64,000 bases of DNA from Candidatus Poribacteria bacterium (GTDB lineage: Bacteria; Poribacteria; WGA-4E; WGA-3G). The notes beneath the pieces were generated by a model that saw nothing but the letters and a program-made list of their open reading frames with translations, was not told the origin of the DNA and ran no database searches. Position 1 is the first letter of the stretch. Each line of letters starts with the position of its first letter. The position numbers were made by a program, and so were the translations under genes. Shown one piece after another: positions 9,641 through 20,434 of the stretch. Location of the stretch: contig OY762722.1 of assembly GCA_963666305.1 (NCBI GenBank), positions 4,707,073-4,771,072 on the forward strand. Reading direction: 5' to 3'.

Positions 9641-10704
9641 GCGTTGAGATCTCTATCGCATTCAAAGCCACACTTTAGGCAATGATAGATGCGATCCGAG
9701 AGAAACAACTCTTCTTTCTTGTGTCTACAATTGCTACATGTCTTACTACTGGCAAAGAACCTATCTGCCTGTGTTATCGGTATTCCACGCCTTTCGGCTT
9801 TATATTTGAGCATAGTGAGAAAGCGTGAGAGTGCAGAGTCCGACAACGCTTTTGCTAACTTACGATTGCGTAGCAATCCACTGATATTGAGGGTCTCAAC
9901 ACCGATAGTAGAGGCTTTGCGAACAATCTTTGTTGTGGCTTGGTGGTGAGCGTCTTCACGGATAGAAGCGATACGAAAGTGGAGATTCCCAAGCCGTCTT
10001 TTCGCTTTGTGCCAGTTATTTGACCGAAGCACCTTACGCGATAAAGCACGATTGGCACGCGCTAACTTCCGTTCATACCGCTTGAGAGGGCGTGGATTAT
10101 CGTAGGTATCACCATTAGAGCATGTGGCAAGTGTATTGATACCTACGTCAATGCCAATGGGTTCTTTCTCGTCAAACAAAGGCGGTTGGTGGTTATAGTT
10201 GTTGCTATCGCACCGCACAAGGATTGAGGCATACCAGCGATTGTTACGTTTAGATACCACAACTTTCGTGATTTCACCGGTATATCGGAGTTCCTCATGC
10301 ATTCGCACCCACCCGATCTTTGGGAGGTTGATACGCTTTTTATAGAGTTCAACAGTTCCTGCTCCATTGTCTGCTTGGTAAGAACATTTACCAGCTCGTC
10401 TCTTATAGACAGGAAAGTTGTTTTGTCCACTTTTCCAGCGGGCTATCGCATCACCGAAGTTGTGGATAGCGTTTTTTGAGGCATTCTGTGATAACTCCGA
10501 ACACCAGTGAAACGTATCACGCTTCACAGCATTGAACTCACGTTTGATGTCAATATAGGTTCGCCATTCGTCATTCTCACGTCCGGCTTTAAATGACGAT
10601 AAAGCGAAGTTGAACGCAACACAGGCATAGCCAGCGTGTTGAGACATACACGTAGATTGCTTGTTATTCGGATTCAGCTCTATTTGCTGTGTTCGTAAAG
10701 GCAT
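9616..10704 (-). CDS. tnpB: TnpB (OrfB_IS605) RNA-guided endonuclease / transposase accessory protein
   Basis: N-terminal MPLRTQQIELNPNNKQ, RuvC-like IGIDVGI and a C-terminal zinc finger CSNCRHKK..CLKCGFECDRDLNAAINL. Confidence 0.85.
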   Translation of the reverse strand: MPLRTQQIELNPNNKQSTCMSQHAGYACVAFNFALSSFKAGRENDEWRTYIDIKREFNAVKRDTFHWCSELSQNASKNAIHNFGDAIARWKSGQNNFPVYKRRAGKCSYQADNGAGTVELYKKRINLPKIGWVRMHEELRYTGEITKVVVSKRNNRWYASILVRCDSNNYNHQPPLFDEKEPIGIDVGINTLATCSNGDTYDNPRPLKRYERKLARANRALSRKVLRSNNWHKAKRRLGNLHFRIASIREDAHHQATTKIVRKASTIGVETLNISGLLRNRKLAKALSDSALSRFLTMLKYKAERRGIPITQADRFFASSKTCSNCRHKKEELFLSDRIYHCLKCGFECDRDLNAAINLCPA

Positions 10705-10962
10705 GAATTCTCACGTATCACGCTTTTACCGCTTTTCACTGTCGGTTGGCGAGGAGGCTACCCTTGCAGATAGGTGAAAAGTCCTCGCCACGTGATATAA
10801 TTATCATAGCACTTTCTCAAAGTATTGTCAAAAAAAAAAACGACATAACTTTAGATTCTAACAGGTTCTTATAGGTTTTTATACGAAATTGCTAACTGCG
10901 ACATACCCTCTCGATCTTTGGCGTGCAGACATCATATACAGATGGTCGCCAATTCAATATTT

Positions 10963-11040
10963 CTTGGACTTACGTATTTCCTCTTAAAGTACCCCTGATA
11001 AGGTGGATTTAGGGTAAAATAATTGGAAAATGGCTATCGG
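10963..11040. repeat. Copy of the short repeat seen at 1110-1195
   Basis: GGACTTACGTATTTCCTCTTAAAGTACCCCTGATAAGGTGGATTTAGGG versus GGACTTACACATTTCCTCAAAGTCCCCCTGATAAGAGCGGATATAGGGG. Confidence 0.4.
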
Positions 11041-11124
11041 AGCCACACCAAGGTGTTCTCTATGAATATCCTATAACTTTTCTGTGAAATTGACAACTTT
11101 TTTTTGCGCTTGTGGAGGCACTTA

Positions 11125-13584
11125 ATGATAAGATACATTTTGCCAAGAGTAATTTTTGCGATTGCGTTTTCGCTCGTAAATACACACTCTTTAACAACAA
11201 GTTTTGGAAACCCACAAGATGCACCAAAATCGGAGGTGAATATGGTTGAACGCTGGGGAGTATATGAAGTAACTCTGAGTGGACCGGACACAGGAAATCC
11301 GTTCACTGAGGTTGAATTAACAGCAGAATTTAAACACCGTGATACAAACGAAGGGCAGATGTTCGAGCCGCAGGGTTTCTACGACGGAAATGGGATTTAC
11401 AAAATCCGATTCATGCCCGACGCAGTCGGCGAATGGACGTACACCACAAAAAGTAACACGGCTGAACTCAACGATAAGGCTGGGCAGTTTACGTGCGTTG
11501 CACCGTCCGAGGGAAATCACGGACCTGTCCGCGTCTATAAAGATTTCTATCTCCGGTATGCCGATGATACACCCTACCATCAATTCGGAACGACGTGTTA
11601 TGCCTGGGCACATCAAGGGGAAGCGATGGAAAAACAGACGCTCGAAACCCTTGCTGAGGCACCGTTCAACAAGATGCGGATGTGTATTTTTCCAAAAGAC
11701 TATTCCTATAACAAAAATGAACCCGTCTACTATCCATTTGAAGGGGAACCGTTGAAGGATTGGGATTTCACCAGATTCAATCCAGAGTTCTGGCATCATT
11801 TCGAGCAGCGGGTGCAAGACCTCTTGAACCTCGGTATTGAAGCGGACATCATCCTATTTCATACCTATGACCGATGGGATTTTGAGAATATGGATGCTGA
11901 AAGCGATGATCGCTATATCCGTTACGCCGTTGCGCGACTGGCGGCGTTCCGAAACGTCTGGTGGTCCCTCGCAAATGAATACGACTTCATGCCCGCGAAA
12001 GAGGAATCTGATTGGGATCGGTTCTTCCAGATTATTCGCGATTATGATCCGTATCAGCGGCTACGCGGGATTCACAACGGTAGACGTTGGTATGACCACA
12101 ATAAGCCGTGGGTGACACATACCAGCATCCAAACCTCCAACATGGCACAAGGCATCCGCTATCGCGCGCAGTATGGAAAGCCTGTTATCTATGATGAGTG
12201 TCGTTACGAGGGCAATATTCCGCAAGGATGGGGAAATATTACAGCGGAAGAGATGGTTCAACACTTTTGGGCAGGGACGGTCTCTGGATGCTATGTCGGA
12301 CATGGAGAAACTTACAAACACTCCGAAGACTTGCTTTGGTGGGCGAAAGGCGGTGTGCTCCGAGGTGAGAGTCCATCACGGATCGCGTTTCTCAAAGATT
12401 TCATGACAAACGCACCTGCGTTTGATACGCTTGAGCCGATTGGCGACGAAACGGGACGATACATCCTTGCGAAACAGGGGGAGTATTATCTCGCTTACAC
12501 GACCGAACCGCAAACGATAACACTGGACTTGAAAGGGGAACAGCCCTATAAAGTCGATCGCGTGGATACATGGAACATGAAGATTGTCCCTGTTGGCACA
12601 GCACACCCCGGAGAATATACGTTCGCTTCGCCGCAAAACGGTGTCGCGTATCGTTTTACGCCATACTCACCGGGTGAGAAACTCCGTCCAGAGGCGAGAG
12701 CGTCCGCCGATGTTCTTCAAGGCAACGCCCCGCTTACAGTGAATTTTTCAGCGGCAGGGGACCTGTCACACCACTGGAATCTTGGAGACGGTACGACGAG
12801 CACTGCGTCGAACCCGACGCACGTCTACGAAAACCTTGGAGGGTACGTCGCAACGCTCACGGTGATGGACCCGGAGGGTGACACGTCAACAACATCCCTT
12901 GCGATCCATGTATCACCGGCGGCACCGGCTGACATCGGGACACACACGGAATTTCCCGGCTCTCACGATGGGCTTGTTTTTCTCTGGCACAGCGCGCTTG
13001 AAGGTAGTGGAGAGATTGAGCCGCATGGCGATGCGAAAATCGGTGCGGATGGACAGATGGATCTCACCGGTGGTTCATTCTTCACCCAAAACGTGAATGA
13101 CACACTTCTGGAAGCATGTCAGGCAAGCAACCAATTGACGCTTGAGTGTCTCGTTACGACGGACAACCTGGATCAGGACGGTCCGGCACGGATTATTTCG
13201 TTCTCGAACGATTCAACCCATCGTAACTTCACCTTAGGGCAGAATGGAAACCGTTTTGCTGTGAGGATCCGCACGCCGCGTACCGGGACGAATGGCATGG
13301 GCAGCGAATTCTCTTTCGGTCAGATTGAAGCGGGGAAACCGACGCACGTCATCGTCAGTTACTTTGACCGGAACGTCTACTGCTACATCAATGGTGAACT
13401 TGTCCATGTTAGCAACGGAATCCAAGGGGATTTCAGCAATTGGGAACTCTATCCGCTGCTTTTTGGTGATGAAGCAAGTGGTGGTCGAAACTGGGAAGGT
13501 AAGCTGAGCCGCATTGCGATTTATAGCCGATTCGTCGGTGTAGAAGAGGCAACGCACAAGTTCAAGTTGATTCAAGGTGAATGA
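11125..13584 (+). CDS. Secreted glycoside hydrolase (DUF5060 N-terminal beta-sandwich plus DUF4038/GH140-like TIM barrel) with C-terminal PKD and LamG-like domains
   Basis: Signal peptide MIRYILPRVIFAIAFSLVNT; ..CIFPKDYSY..WWSLANEY.. catalytic core; PKD motif NFSAAGDLSHHWNLGDGTTS..HVYENLGGYVATLTV; LamG-like C-terminus. GGAGG RBS. Confidence 0.6.
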   Translation: MIRYILPRVIFAIAFSLVNTHSLTTSFGNPQDAPKSEVNMVERWGVYEVTLSGPDTGNPFTEVELTAEFKHRDTNEGQMFEPQGFYDGNGIYKIRFMPDAVGEWTYTTKSNTAELNDKAGQFTCVAPSEGNHGPVRVYKDFYLRYADDTPYHQFGTTCYAWAHQGEAMEKQTLETLAEAPFNKMRMCIFPKDYSYNKNEPVYYPFEGEPLKDWDFTRFNPEFWHHFEQRVQDLLNLGIEADIILFHTYDRWDFENMDAESDDRYIRYAVARLAAFRNVWWSLANEYDFMPAKEESDWDRFFQIIRDYDPYQRLRGIHNGRRWYDHNKPWVTHTSIQTSNMAQGIRYRAQYGKPVIYDECRYEGNIPQGWGNITAEEMVQHFWAGTVSGCYVGHGETYKHSEDLLWWAKGGVLRGESPSRIAFLKDFMTNAPAFDTLEPIGDETGRYILAKQGEYYLAYTTEPQTITLDLKGEQPYKVDRVDTWNMKIVPVGTAHPGEYTFASPQNGVAYRFTPYSPGEKLRPEARASADVLQGNAPLTVNFSAAGDLSHHWNLGDGTTSTASNPTHVYENLGGYVATLTVMDPEGDTSTTSLAIHVSPAAPADIGTHTEFPGSHDGLVFLWHSALEGSGEIEPHGDAKIGADGQMDLTGGSFFTQNVNDTLLEACQASNQLTLECLVTTDNLDQDGPARIISFSNDSTHRNFTLGQNGNRFAVRIRTPRTGTNGMGSEFSFGQIEAGKPTHVIVSYFDRNVYCYINGELVHVSNGIQGDFSNWELYPLLFGDEASGGRNWEGKLSRIAIYSRFVGVEEATHKFKLIQGE

Positions 13585-14477
13585 AGATGTTTTGTAATCA
13601 TCTCTGCCCCATTAACCGGATCGAGGCTATAACCGCCCAACGCAATTAGTGTCACATTACCTTTTGGTGGGTTATCAAGGCAGTTTGGGTTAACAACAAA
13701 AAGTGGTAGATTCAGATCGAGTGCTGCTTTTGCAGTAATAAAGGTACCGCTCATTTTGCCTTGAGTGTCCCGCTCAGGTCCTGATTCAATAACGACAACC
13801 GCCTTAGAGAGGGCACACAGAAGTTGATTTCGCTCTATCGAATACCACGCGCTCCGCGTGGTATCTGGGTCATATTGTGAAACCGCAAGCACATCTCGAT
13901 CCCAATTGAATTTCTTAAAGGCACTTTTTTGACGCAGTTGCTTGATGCCATCAGATAGAACGACAGTTGTTGTTCCGTCCGCTTCTAACGCACCGAAGTG
14001 GGCATCTGCGTCAACACCTTCGGCATATCCAGAGACGATATTTATTCCCTTCCCTACAAGGTCAGTCGCCAGATTTCTCGTAATACGAACCCCTTTATCC
14101 GATACATTCCGCGCCCCAACAATCGTGACGCTATCTGACCTGAGGCGTTTTTTCTCTCCTTTGACAAACAGGATTGGTGAAATGTCAAGGAGCTGTGGCG
14201 GGAAATCAGAGTGCCCCGGATAGATAATATCAATGTTTTGTCTTTTGAGTTGTTCGTATTCTGCGGATATCTTTTCTCTATCTTCTTCCCACATTTTTCC
14301 TTTAAGGATTTCCGCTAATTTGGGAAATTGGACCGAGAGGCCGCTCTGGTTGAGTGGCAGCATTTCTGGGTTTAGGTTTTCTGCTTCCAATATTTTAGCA
14401 ACAGACACCAGAAGTTTGGGACCTATACCTCGCGTCTTAAAGAGTCGGAACCAGAAATAATCTCTGGTACTGCTCAT
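13572..14477 (-). CDS. dprA: DNA processing protein DprA (Smf)
   Basis: ..GKGINIVSGYAEGVDADAH.. Rossmann-like DprA signature; overlaps the 3' end of the convergent hydrolase gene by 13 bp. Confidence 0.8.
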   Translation of the reverse strand: MSSTRDYFWFRLFKTRGIGPKLLVSVAKILEAENLNPEMLPLNQSGLSVQFPKLAEILKGKMWEEDREKISAEYEQLKRQNIDIIYPGHSDFPPQLLDISPILFVKGEKKRLRSDSVTIVGARNVSDKGVRITRNLATDLVGKGINIVSGYAEGVDADAHFGALEADGTTTVVLSDGIKQLRQKSAFKKFNWDRDVLAVSQYDPDTTRSAWYSIERNQLLCALSKAVVVIESGPERDTQGKMSGTFITAKAALDLNLPLFVVNPNCLDNPPKGNVTLIALGGYSLDPVNGAEMITKHLHSP

Positions 14478-14609
14478 TTCTCTGTCCTTGTTTGGATTAG
14501 TTTTGGTGACTTTTGTCTCTACGTCCGTGACAATACCCGCTAACTCCTAAAGTAGTATGGCAATGCTCTGTTCTCCTTGAAAGAGGTCACCAAAGAGTTC
14601 GGGAGAAAA

Positions 14610-15635
14610 TTAGACATCTATCCGGTATACACGAGCGGCGGTGTCGTGGAATAGGTCGGCGCGTTCATCGTCCGAGTAGCCAGATGATAACCGTTTGAAC
14701 GCATTATACATCACGTTGTAGGAGAACGAGACCTTATCAACAGGGAAGTTGCTTTCAAACATACACCGTTCTGGACCGAACTGCTCGATACAGTAATTCA
14801 TGAAGGGTGCCATAGACTCGGCTAACTCTTCAGAACCGATCGGCTGTTCCCGTTCATGCCAATCGAAGCCGGTGCGCGGCATCCCAATGCCACCGAGTTT
14901 CATGTGAACGTTCGGACAAGCCGCGACTGCAGAGATACCGTTTCGCCAAGTTGCTAATACTTCATCATCTCTACCACCATAGGGACCGACCCGCAGTAAA
15001 CCGCCGATATGGTTCGAGATAATTGTCAGGTCCGGCACTGCTCTCGCGAAATCAGCGAGTTCAGGGAGTTGAGGGAAATATAGCCAAGCCTCGAAAGACA
15101 TACCCATGCCCGCCAGCACCCGCGCCCCTGCACGGAAATCTTCACGTGTCAACTGTCTCTCTGTTCTGTATGTAGAAGTACCATCTATCTCCGGATGGGG
15201 ATCCCAAGTGACAGAATGACGGATACCTCGAAACCGATTCGGACTTGCCGCTTGTAAGGCTTCTAATACCGGTTCGACGCGTTCACCCAAGTTCAGGTTC
15301 GCGTGCCCGACGATCGCAGCAGCGGCACGACTTTCACCGTATAAACCACTCGCACTTGCAGCTGCGAGTCCTTGCACGAACTCGACTTCGCCGACCGGTC
15401 GCATTTCCGCTGGTCCATCGGTTCGGTACATCGCCCTTGCTTCGACAAACACGGTAGAACGTACATTGTGTCCGCTGTCAATGTCTGCAATCAGCTCGTG
15501 GAGTAAATACCGTTGGTAAGGGATACGCTCGTTTCGGAAATCCCAAAAGTGGTGGTGAGGGTCGCAGATCGGCATTTCCGGTTCCAGTATCGGTTCCTCG
15601 GTTAAAGCGAGCCAGTCATTGTCTCCAAATGGCAT
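14610..15635 (-). CDS. Amidohydrolase-2 family metal-dependent hydrolase (ACMSD-like TIM barrel)
   Basis: CDPHHHFWD metal-binding motif; start trimmed to the ATG with a GGAGG RBS. Confidence 0.7.
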   Translation of the reverse strand: MPFGDNDWLALTEEPILEPEMPICDPHHHFWDFRNERIPYQRYLLHELIADIDSGHNVRSTVFVEARAMYRTDGPAEMRPVGEVEFVQGLAAASASGLYGESRAAAAIVGHANLNLGERVEPVLEALQAASPNRFRGIRHSVTWDPHPEIDGTSTYRTERQLTREDFRAGARVLAGMGMSFEAWLYFPQLPELADFARAVPDLTIISNHIGGLLRVGPYGGRDDEVLATWRNGISAVAACPNVHMKLGGIGMPRTGFDWHEREQPIGSEELAESMAPFMNYCIEQFGPERCMFESNFPVDKVSFSYNVMYNAFKRLSSGYSDDERADLFHDTAARVYRIDV

Positions 15636-16028
15636 TATGCATACCTCCATCTCTATGGTCAATTCAAATTACTCGTTGTGTTTCTTGATGTCCACTGTAG
15701 GACATGGGCAGATTTTTGTCAAACACTTTTTAACGGATGAACACTCCAAAATTGTTTAGAGGTGATAGCACACTTGTGTAATTTTTTTAAGGGATGCACT
15801 GATAATATGCGTCACATAGTTATAAGCACTCATGATGGTTTTTTATGGGAAAATCAGGGATGATCGGTAAGGGTAATCTCCGAATCGAGATGTTGACGGC
15901 TAAATGAACCTGTCCGTAATTGCGCATTTCTTGCTTATGCAGTGTTTTTATGGCATAATAAAAACAAAATGGCGAAAACAGTCTTAAGATTGCGAAACGC
16001 AAACTTAGATGAAAGGGAGACGGTGGAA

Positions 16029-19000
16029 ATGATGAAGCGAACAGATGAAAGTAAGCCTTGGATTACCGGACGCAAATGCCAATCTTTGTACGCTACTTCG
16101 ATAGCACGCGCCCTGTTGTTGCTGTCCTTCTGTATGATTGTCGGATGTGGACCCCTGATAACCAGTGATCCGCAATCTGGTCTTCCTTATGATGGTTCCA
16201 AGACAGATGCGGTGTCTGCAAAGACATTGCCCGTGGAACGAACGCTCGTCAGCAATGAGGTCAATTGTATTGCGACAGATTCAGACAATGTATGGATTGC
16301 GACAGCACGGGGCGTTTCCCGCTGGGACCGTCAACAGGATAAGTGGCTTCACTATACGATGGAAGATGGGTTGTCGAACGATATGGTGAATGCTGTTGCT
16401 GTTGATGGACAATGGGTCTGGTTCGCCACGGATGAAGGTGTAAGCCGCTACGATATGCAAACAAACACCTTTGCGACCTTCCGAACCATTGATGGTTTAG
16501 CGAGTGACCAAGTCTCCTCAATTGCGGTGGACGGAAACTACGTCTGGTTTGGAACATCCGAAGGGTTGAACCGTTATGACAAAACGATTGACAGTTGGGC
16601 GGTGCGTACCCGGAAAGACGGCTTAGTCAGCAAGGTAATTACAACAATCGCTGTCGAGCCAGAGTATGTCTGGGTCGGCACTGATAGAGAGATAAATCCG
16701 GATCCGCATGGATGGGACGAGGATCCGAGGTTCAGCAGAGGTGGCGTGAGTCGCTACCATCGAGATACCGATTCTTGGAATAACTATACGAAGTCAGATG
16801 GCTTAATAGACAGCGAGATCGCTACGATCGCAGTGGACGATGACAGCGTTTGGTTTGGTACCGAAGATGAGGGTGTCAGTCAGTACAACCAAATTGACCA
16901 GACGTTCATCAAAACATATACGAAAACGGATCTGCTGAAAAGCAATATGATCACTTCCATTCGCGCAGATGGATTCCAAGTTTGGTTTGGAACTGCCAAT
17001 GCGGGTGTACATCGGTTCATTAAGCCTGTCAATACATGGGTACATTACACCAAAGCAGATGGGCTGTCCAGCAATCATGTGAGTTGGATTACGACCCAAG
17101 GCAACGATGTTTGGTTTGGTAGCAAAGAAGATGGTGTGAGTCGATTTGATAAGGTGAGCGGCGAGTGGACGATTTACAAGCAAGCCGAGTTCCTCGCCGA
17201 TAACGATGTCCGCTATATAACGCGTGATGCTGACGGGAACATTTGGACGGCAACGGTTGCAGGGATTTCGATTTACTCTCCTCAAACGAACAGTTGGGAA
17301 ATCATTTCCAGAGAAGATGGGCTGCCGACCCGCTACATCACGTCAATACTTATTAGCAGTCAGCAAAATAACGGTCAGCAGTCAGCAGTCAGCAGTCAGC
17401 AAAACAGCAATCAGTCGTCAGCAATCAGCAGTCAGCAAGAAAATTCTACTTCATCAGAAACCGATGGTCCCGGACAGTCGATGGTTTCCGAGAGTCATTC
17501 TTCCGAAAGCCGAAAGTCAACATCCGTTTGGATTGGGAGCGATCGAGGGCTTGGCACACGAACGTATTTGGGTGGTGATTGGACATTTCATACCCCACCC
17601 CGGGAGCAGACAAAAGGCGAAGCTTTTGTAACGTCTGTTGATATGGATGCTGCGTCCCCGAACGACTACATCTGGCTCGGTACGAGTTCCGGTCCTGCGA
17701 TGTATGATGCGACTTCCCAAGAATGGATGCAACTTGTACTGCCAGATGCCCCCAAAAACCCGCTCATATCCTCCGTTCTTGCTCGTGATGAAAGGGTCTG
17801 GTTTGGTGGTGCGGAAGGTGTTTGGCAGTATTCGATCGCCGATAAGCAGATGCACCGTGTTGCCGATAGTCTTCCGAATCCGTACGTTAATGCGCTGCTT
17901 TCTACAGGTGAAAATGAAGAACAAACGCTTTGGGCAGGGACACGTCAAGGACTGGCAAGATATGACGAGGTCCGCCAGCGTTGGATCCCGTTGTCCTTTA
18001 ATGACCAATTGCCGTCGTCCAATGTCACCGCACTCGCCTTTCGAGATGGTATTCTCTGGATCGGCACCCCCCAGGGGCTTGGAAGCTACACGATTGCTTC
18101 GGGTTCTTGGAATTCTCTCTCAAATGTGCCGTATAACGTTCGCGACATCCTGTGTGAGACAGATGGAACACTTTGGTTGGCGACAGATACGGGGCTCGTT
18201 GAATATGACTCACAAAGTGGGAGAGAGGTGTTACATCAATCCCGTCCGGTGCGGGAGCCGTTCCTTGAAACGATGGTTTCAAATATCAAGTTTGATGGCG
18301 ATTACATCTGGTTCAATAGTTGGGGGGATTCGCCGAACGGTGCGCTTGTGCGGTTCCATCGCTCAACCGCGACGTGGCGGCGTTTCACGCGCTTAGATAT
18401 TCTGCAGTCCACTCAGAAAAGGTCCATGACATTAATACGTTGGACCCATGTGGATACTGATGCTGTCTGGTTCACGACGGACTACGGTGTTCTCCGTTAC
18501 GATAAAATGACGGATACGTGGCAGCATTTTACAACAGAGGATGGGCTCTCTACAAACGATGTGAATAAAATTGCTGTGAGTGAGCAGAGCGTCTGGGTCA
18601 TTCCGATGATAGGTTTGGAATTAAACCATTATAATAAAGCGGCTGGGACATGGGAAGTGGTTGAAGAAGAAGATAACCGCGAGATTGAGCGTATAAAGGC
18701 ACTTGGGGTTGATGGGCCGAATGTCTGGTTTGCATCTGGGCGTGGACTGACTCGTTACAATGAGATTACCTGTGAATGGAAGGATTTTGGTCCCAGAGAT
18801 GGACTGGCAGGTAGAGGCGGGGAATGGATTACTGTAGATGACGATTTCGTCTGGGTTGCGCGTTCGGAATGGGACAGAGGCAGCAACCGTCCATTATCAC
18901 GATACGATAAAAAGACAAAGAAGTGGACGACGTTTTCAACGAATGACGTGCTTGCGGCGAAAACTATTAGACGCATTATCGCAACAGAGAACGATGTTTG

Positions 19001-20351
19001 GATACTCTACAGACCGTGGGAAGATGTAGGTGTTACCCGATATGACAGACGGAACAAGGAATGGACCACAATCCGATCGGGACGCGGAACGCTCGAACTG
19101 GCGGCAGACGAGGATTATCTCTGGTTAGCCGCACCGAATAGTGGGCTTCGACGATTTCATTTCGCCTCTGGCACCTGGGCAGCGTTTAGAGATATCAAAG
19201 GGCTGCTCCATAACCATGTGGGTGAGTATGGGCTTGCCGTTGATGAGGATTATGTATGGGTAGGAACCTTGCGTGGGCTTTCCCGTTATGATAAACGGAA
19301 GGAATCCTGGACCCCTTTGACAGCACTCCCAACCCTTGTTGGACGCACCATTCGGACAGTGGCTACAGATGAGCGTTTCGTTTGGGTCGGGACTGATAAA
19401 GGTATGTCACGCTATGACAAGGCTTTAGGAACATGGAAGAATTATCAGCAGGAGGGTGGCTCCGAAAATATAGAGACCCACGATGGGCATTGGCACGAGC
19501 ATCGGCGGAAAAAGAGAGACTGTCTCTCCGATGACGTTGTGAGTTCTATTGTGGTTGATGAGCAGTACGTTTGGGTCGGAACGCGGGATGGTGCGAACCG
19601 CTTTGATAAGATTGCACTGCGGTGGGATCAGTACAAAACTGAGCATGGATTGCCTGCCAATAATGTGACTTCTGTCAGCAGCGATGGCGATAGTATCTGG
19701 GTTGGGACGAATTCCGGGATTGGGAAGTACCCCCGCACAGCGGATGACCTCAACGCATGGATTACCTACACATCGGGCACTGAAATCCAACCGTCTGCCG
19801 TGTCCAAAGAGTTTGCCGAATCGTTGGTTACCGATCAGATTTGGTGTATTACGGCGAGCAAGAAATACGTCTGGGTCGGGACACGCCGCGGGGTCAGCCA
19901 ATACGACATCAGTCGGGATATCTGGAAGACGATTACAGTAGAAGATGGACTTGCCAGCGATGAAGTGAGTTGTATCGAGATTGATGGCGACAATGTTTGG
20001 TTTGGCAGTGACCGCGGTGTGACGCTTTATAATGAAAAAACAGAAGTTTGGGCTGCCTATACGACGGAAGATGGACTCGCCAGCAACAAAGTGACCACTA
20101 TCGGTGTTGATGGTACAGAGCTATGGATCGGTACCTACAATGCCGGTGTCAGTCGGTTTGATCAATTGACGAATACTTGGACGGCTTACACTCGAGAGGA
20201 CGGTTTGGCGCATAACGGTATCCTCTCCATGGCGGTGGATAGCCCCTATGTCTGGTTCGGTACCTATCGTGGTTTGAGTCGTTTCGATAAACACACGGGC
20301 ATCTGGACAACCTTCACAGAGTCTTACGGACCCGAGGATATTTTGAGATAG
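16029..20351 (+). CDS. Giant lipoprotein with about 25 two-component-regulator propeller (Reg_prop) repeats and a Q/S-rich low-complexity linker; no kinase or output domain
   Basis: Lipobox MIVGC; reiterated ..(D/Y)VW(F/V)GT..G(L/V)(S/N)RYD.. repeats; SSQQNNGQQSAVSSQQNSNQSS linker encoded by tandem CAGCAGTCAGC units at 17340-17440. Confidence 0.7.
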   Translation: MMKRTDESKPWITGRKCQSLYATSIARALLLLSFCMIVGCGPLITSDPQSGLPYDGSKTDAVSAKTLPVERTLVSNEVNCIATDSDNVWIATARGVSRWDRQQDKWLHYTMEDGLSNDMVNAVAVDGQWVWFATDEGVSRYDMQTNTFATFRTIDGLASDQVSSIAVDGNYVWFGTSEGLNRYDKTIDSWAVRTRKDGLVSKVITTIAVEPEYVWVGTDREINPDPHGWDEDPRFSRGGVSRYHRDTDSWNNYTKSDGLIDSEIATIAVDDDSVWFGTEDEGVSQYNQIDQTFIKTYTKTDLLKSNMITSIRADGFQVWFGTANAGVHRFIKPVNTWVHYTKADGLSSNHVSWITTQGNDVWFGSKEDGVSRFDKVSGEWTIYKQAEFLADNDVRYITRDADGNIWTATVAGISIYSPQTNSWEIISREDGLPTRYITSILISSQQNNGQQSAVSSQQNSNQSSAISSQQENSTSSETDGPGQSMVSESHSSESRKSTSVWIGSDRGLGTRTYLGGDWTFHTPPREQTKGEAFVTSVDMDAASPNDYIWLGTSSGPAMYDATSQEWMQLVLPDAPKNPLISSVLARDERVWFGGAEGVWQYSIADKQMHRVADSLPNPYVNALLSTGENEEQTLWAGTRQGLARYDEVRQRWIPLSFNDQLPSSNVTALAFRDGILWIGTPQGLGSYTIASGSWNSLSNVPYNVRDILCETDGTLWLATDTGLVEYDSQSGREVLHQSRPVREPFLETMVSNIKFDGDYIWFNSWGDSPNGALVRFHRSTATWRRFTRLDILQSTQKRSMTLIRWTHVDTDAVWFTTDYGVLRYDKMTDTWQHFTTEDGLSTNDVNKIAVSEQSVWVIPMIGLELNHYNKAAGTWEVVEEEDNREIERIKALGVDGPNVWFASGRGLTRYNEITCEWKDFGPRDGLAGRGGEWITVDDDFVWVARSEWDRGSNRPLSRYDKKTKKWTTFSTNDVLAAKTIRRIIATENDVWILYRPWEDVGVTRYDRRNKEWTTIRSGRGTLELAADEDYLWLAAPNSGLRRFHFASGTWAAFRDIKGLLHNHVGEYGLAVDEDYVWVGTLRGLSRYDKRKESWTPLTALPTLVGRTIRTVATDERFVWVGTDKGMSRYDKALGTWKNYQQEGGSENIETHDGHWHEHRRKKRDCLSDDVVSSIVVDEQYVWVGTRDGANRFDKIALRWDQYKTEHGLPANNVTSVSSDGDSIWVGTNSGIGKYPRTADDLNAWITYTSGTEIQPSAVSKEFAESLVTDQIWCITASKKYVWVGTRRGVSQYDISRDIWKTITVEDGLASDEVSCIEIDGDNVWFGSDRGVTLYNEKTEVWAAYTTEDGLASNKVTTIGVDGTELWIGTYNAGVSRFDQLTNTWTAYTREDGLAHNGILSMAVDSPYVWFGTYRGLSRFDKHTGIWTTFTESYGPEDILR

Positions 20352-20434
20352 TTGTCAGCTGTCAGCAGTCGGCTTTCAGTTAAGAAACGCCTTTTGTAAC
20401 TCTCACTGCGAGGCAAACTGAAAACTAATAAGAT

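Larger units (their letters stand above)
9440..10810 (-). mobile_element. IS200/IS605-family element with tnpB only (IS1341-like); no tnpA
   Basis: TnpB ORF flanked by imperfect palindromes: CTTTTCAC..GGCGAGGA..TCCTCGCC..GTGAAAAG at 10729-10795 and a nested hairpin GAAAATGGCG..GTTTCGTGAG-gcttcgg-CTCACGAAAC..CTTTTGC..GCAAAAG..CGCCATTTTC at 9500-9590. Confidence 0.6.

Noticed and set aside
9174-9678. ORFs 9174..9635 and 9418..9678 on the plus strand
   Set aside because: They lie inside the palindromic right end of the IS element and overlap the desaturase and tnpB ends; no RBS or domain. Likely artefacts of palindromic sequence.
17340-17440. Tandem CAGCAGTCAGC repeats as a possible CRISPR array or VNTR
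   Set aside because: The units are irregular, lie inside a continuous ORF encoding a Q/S-rich linker, and have no spacer-repeat architecture. Treated as coding low complexity.
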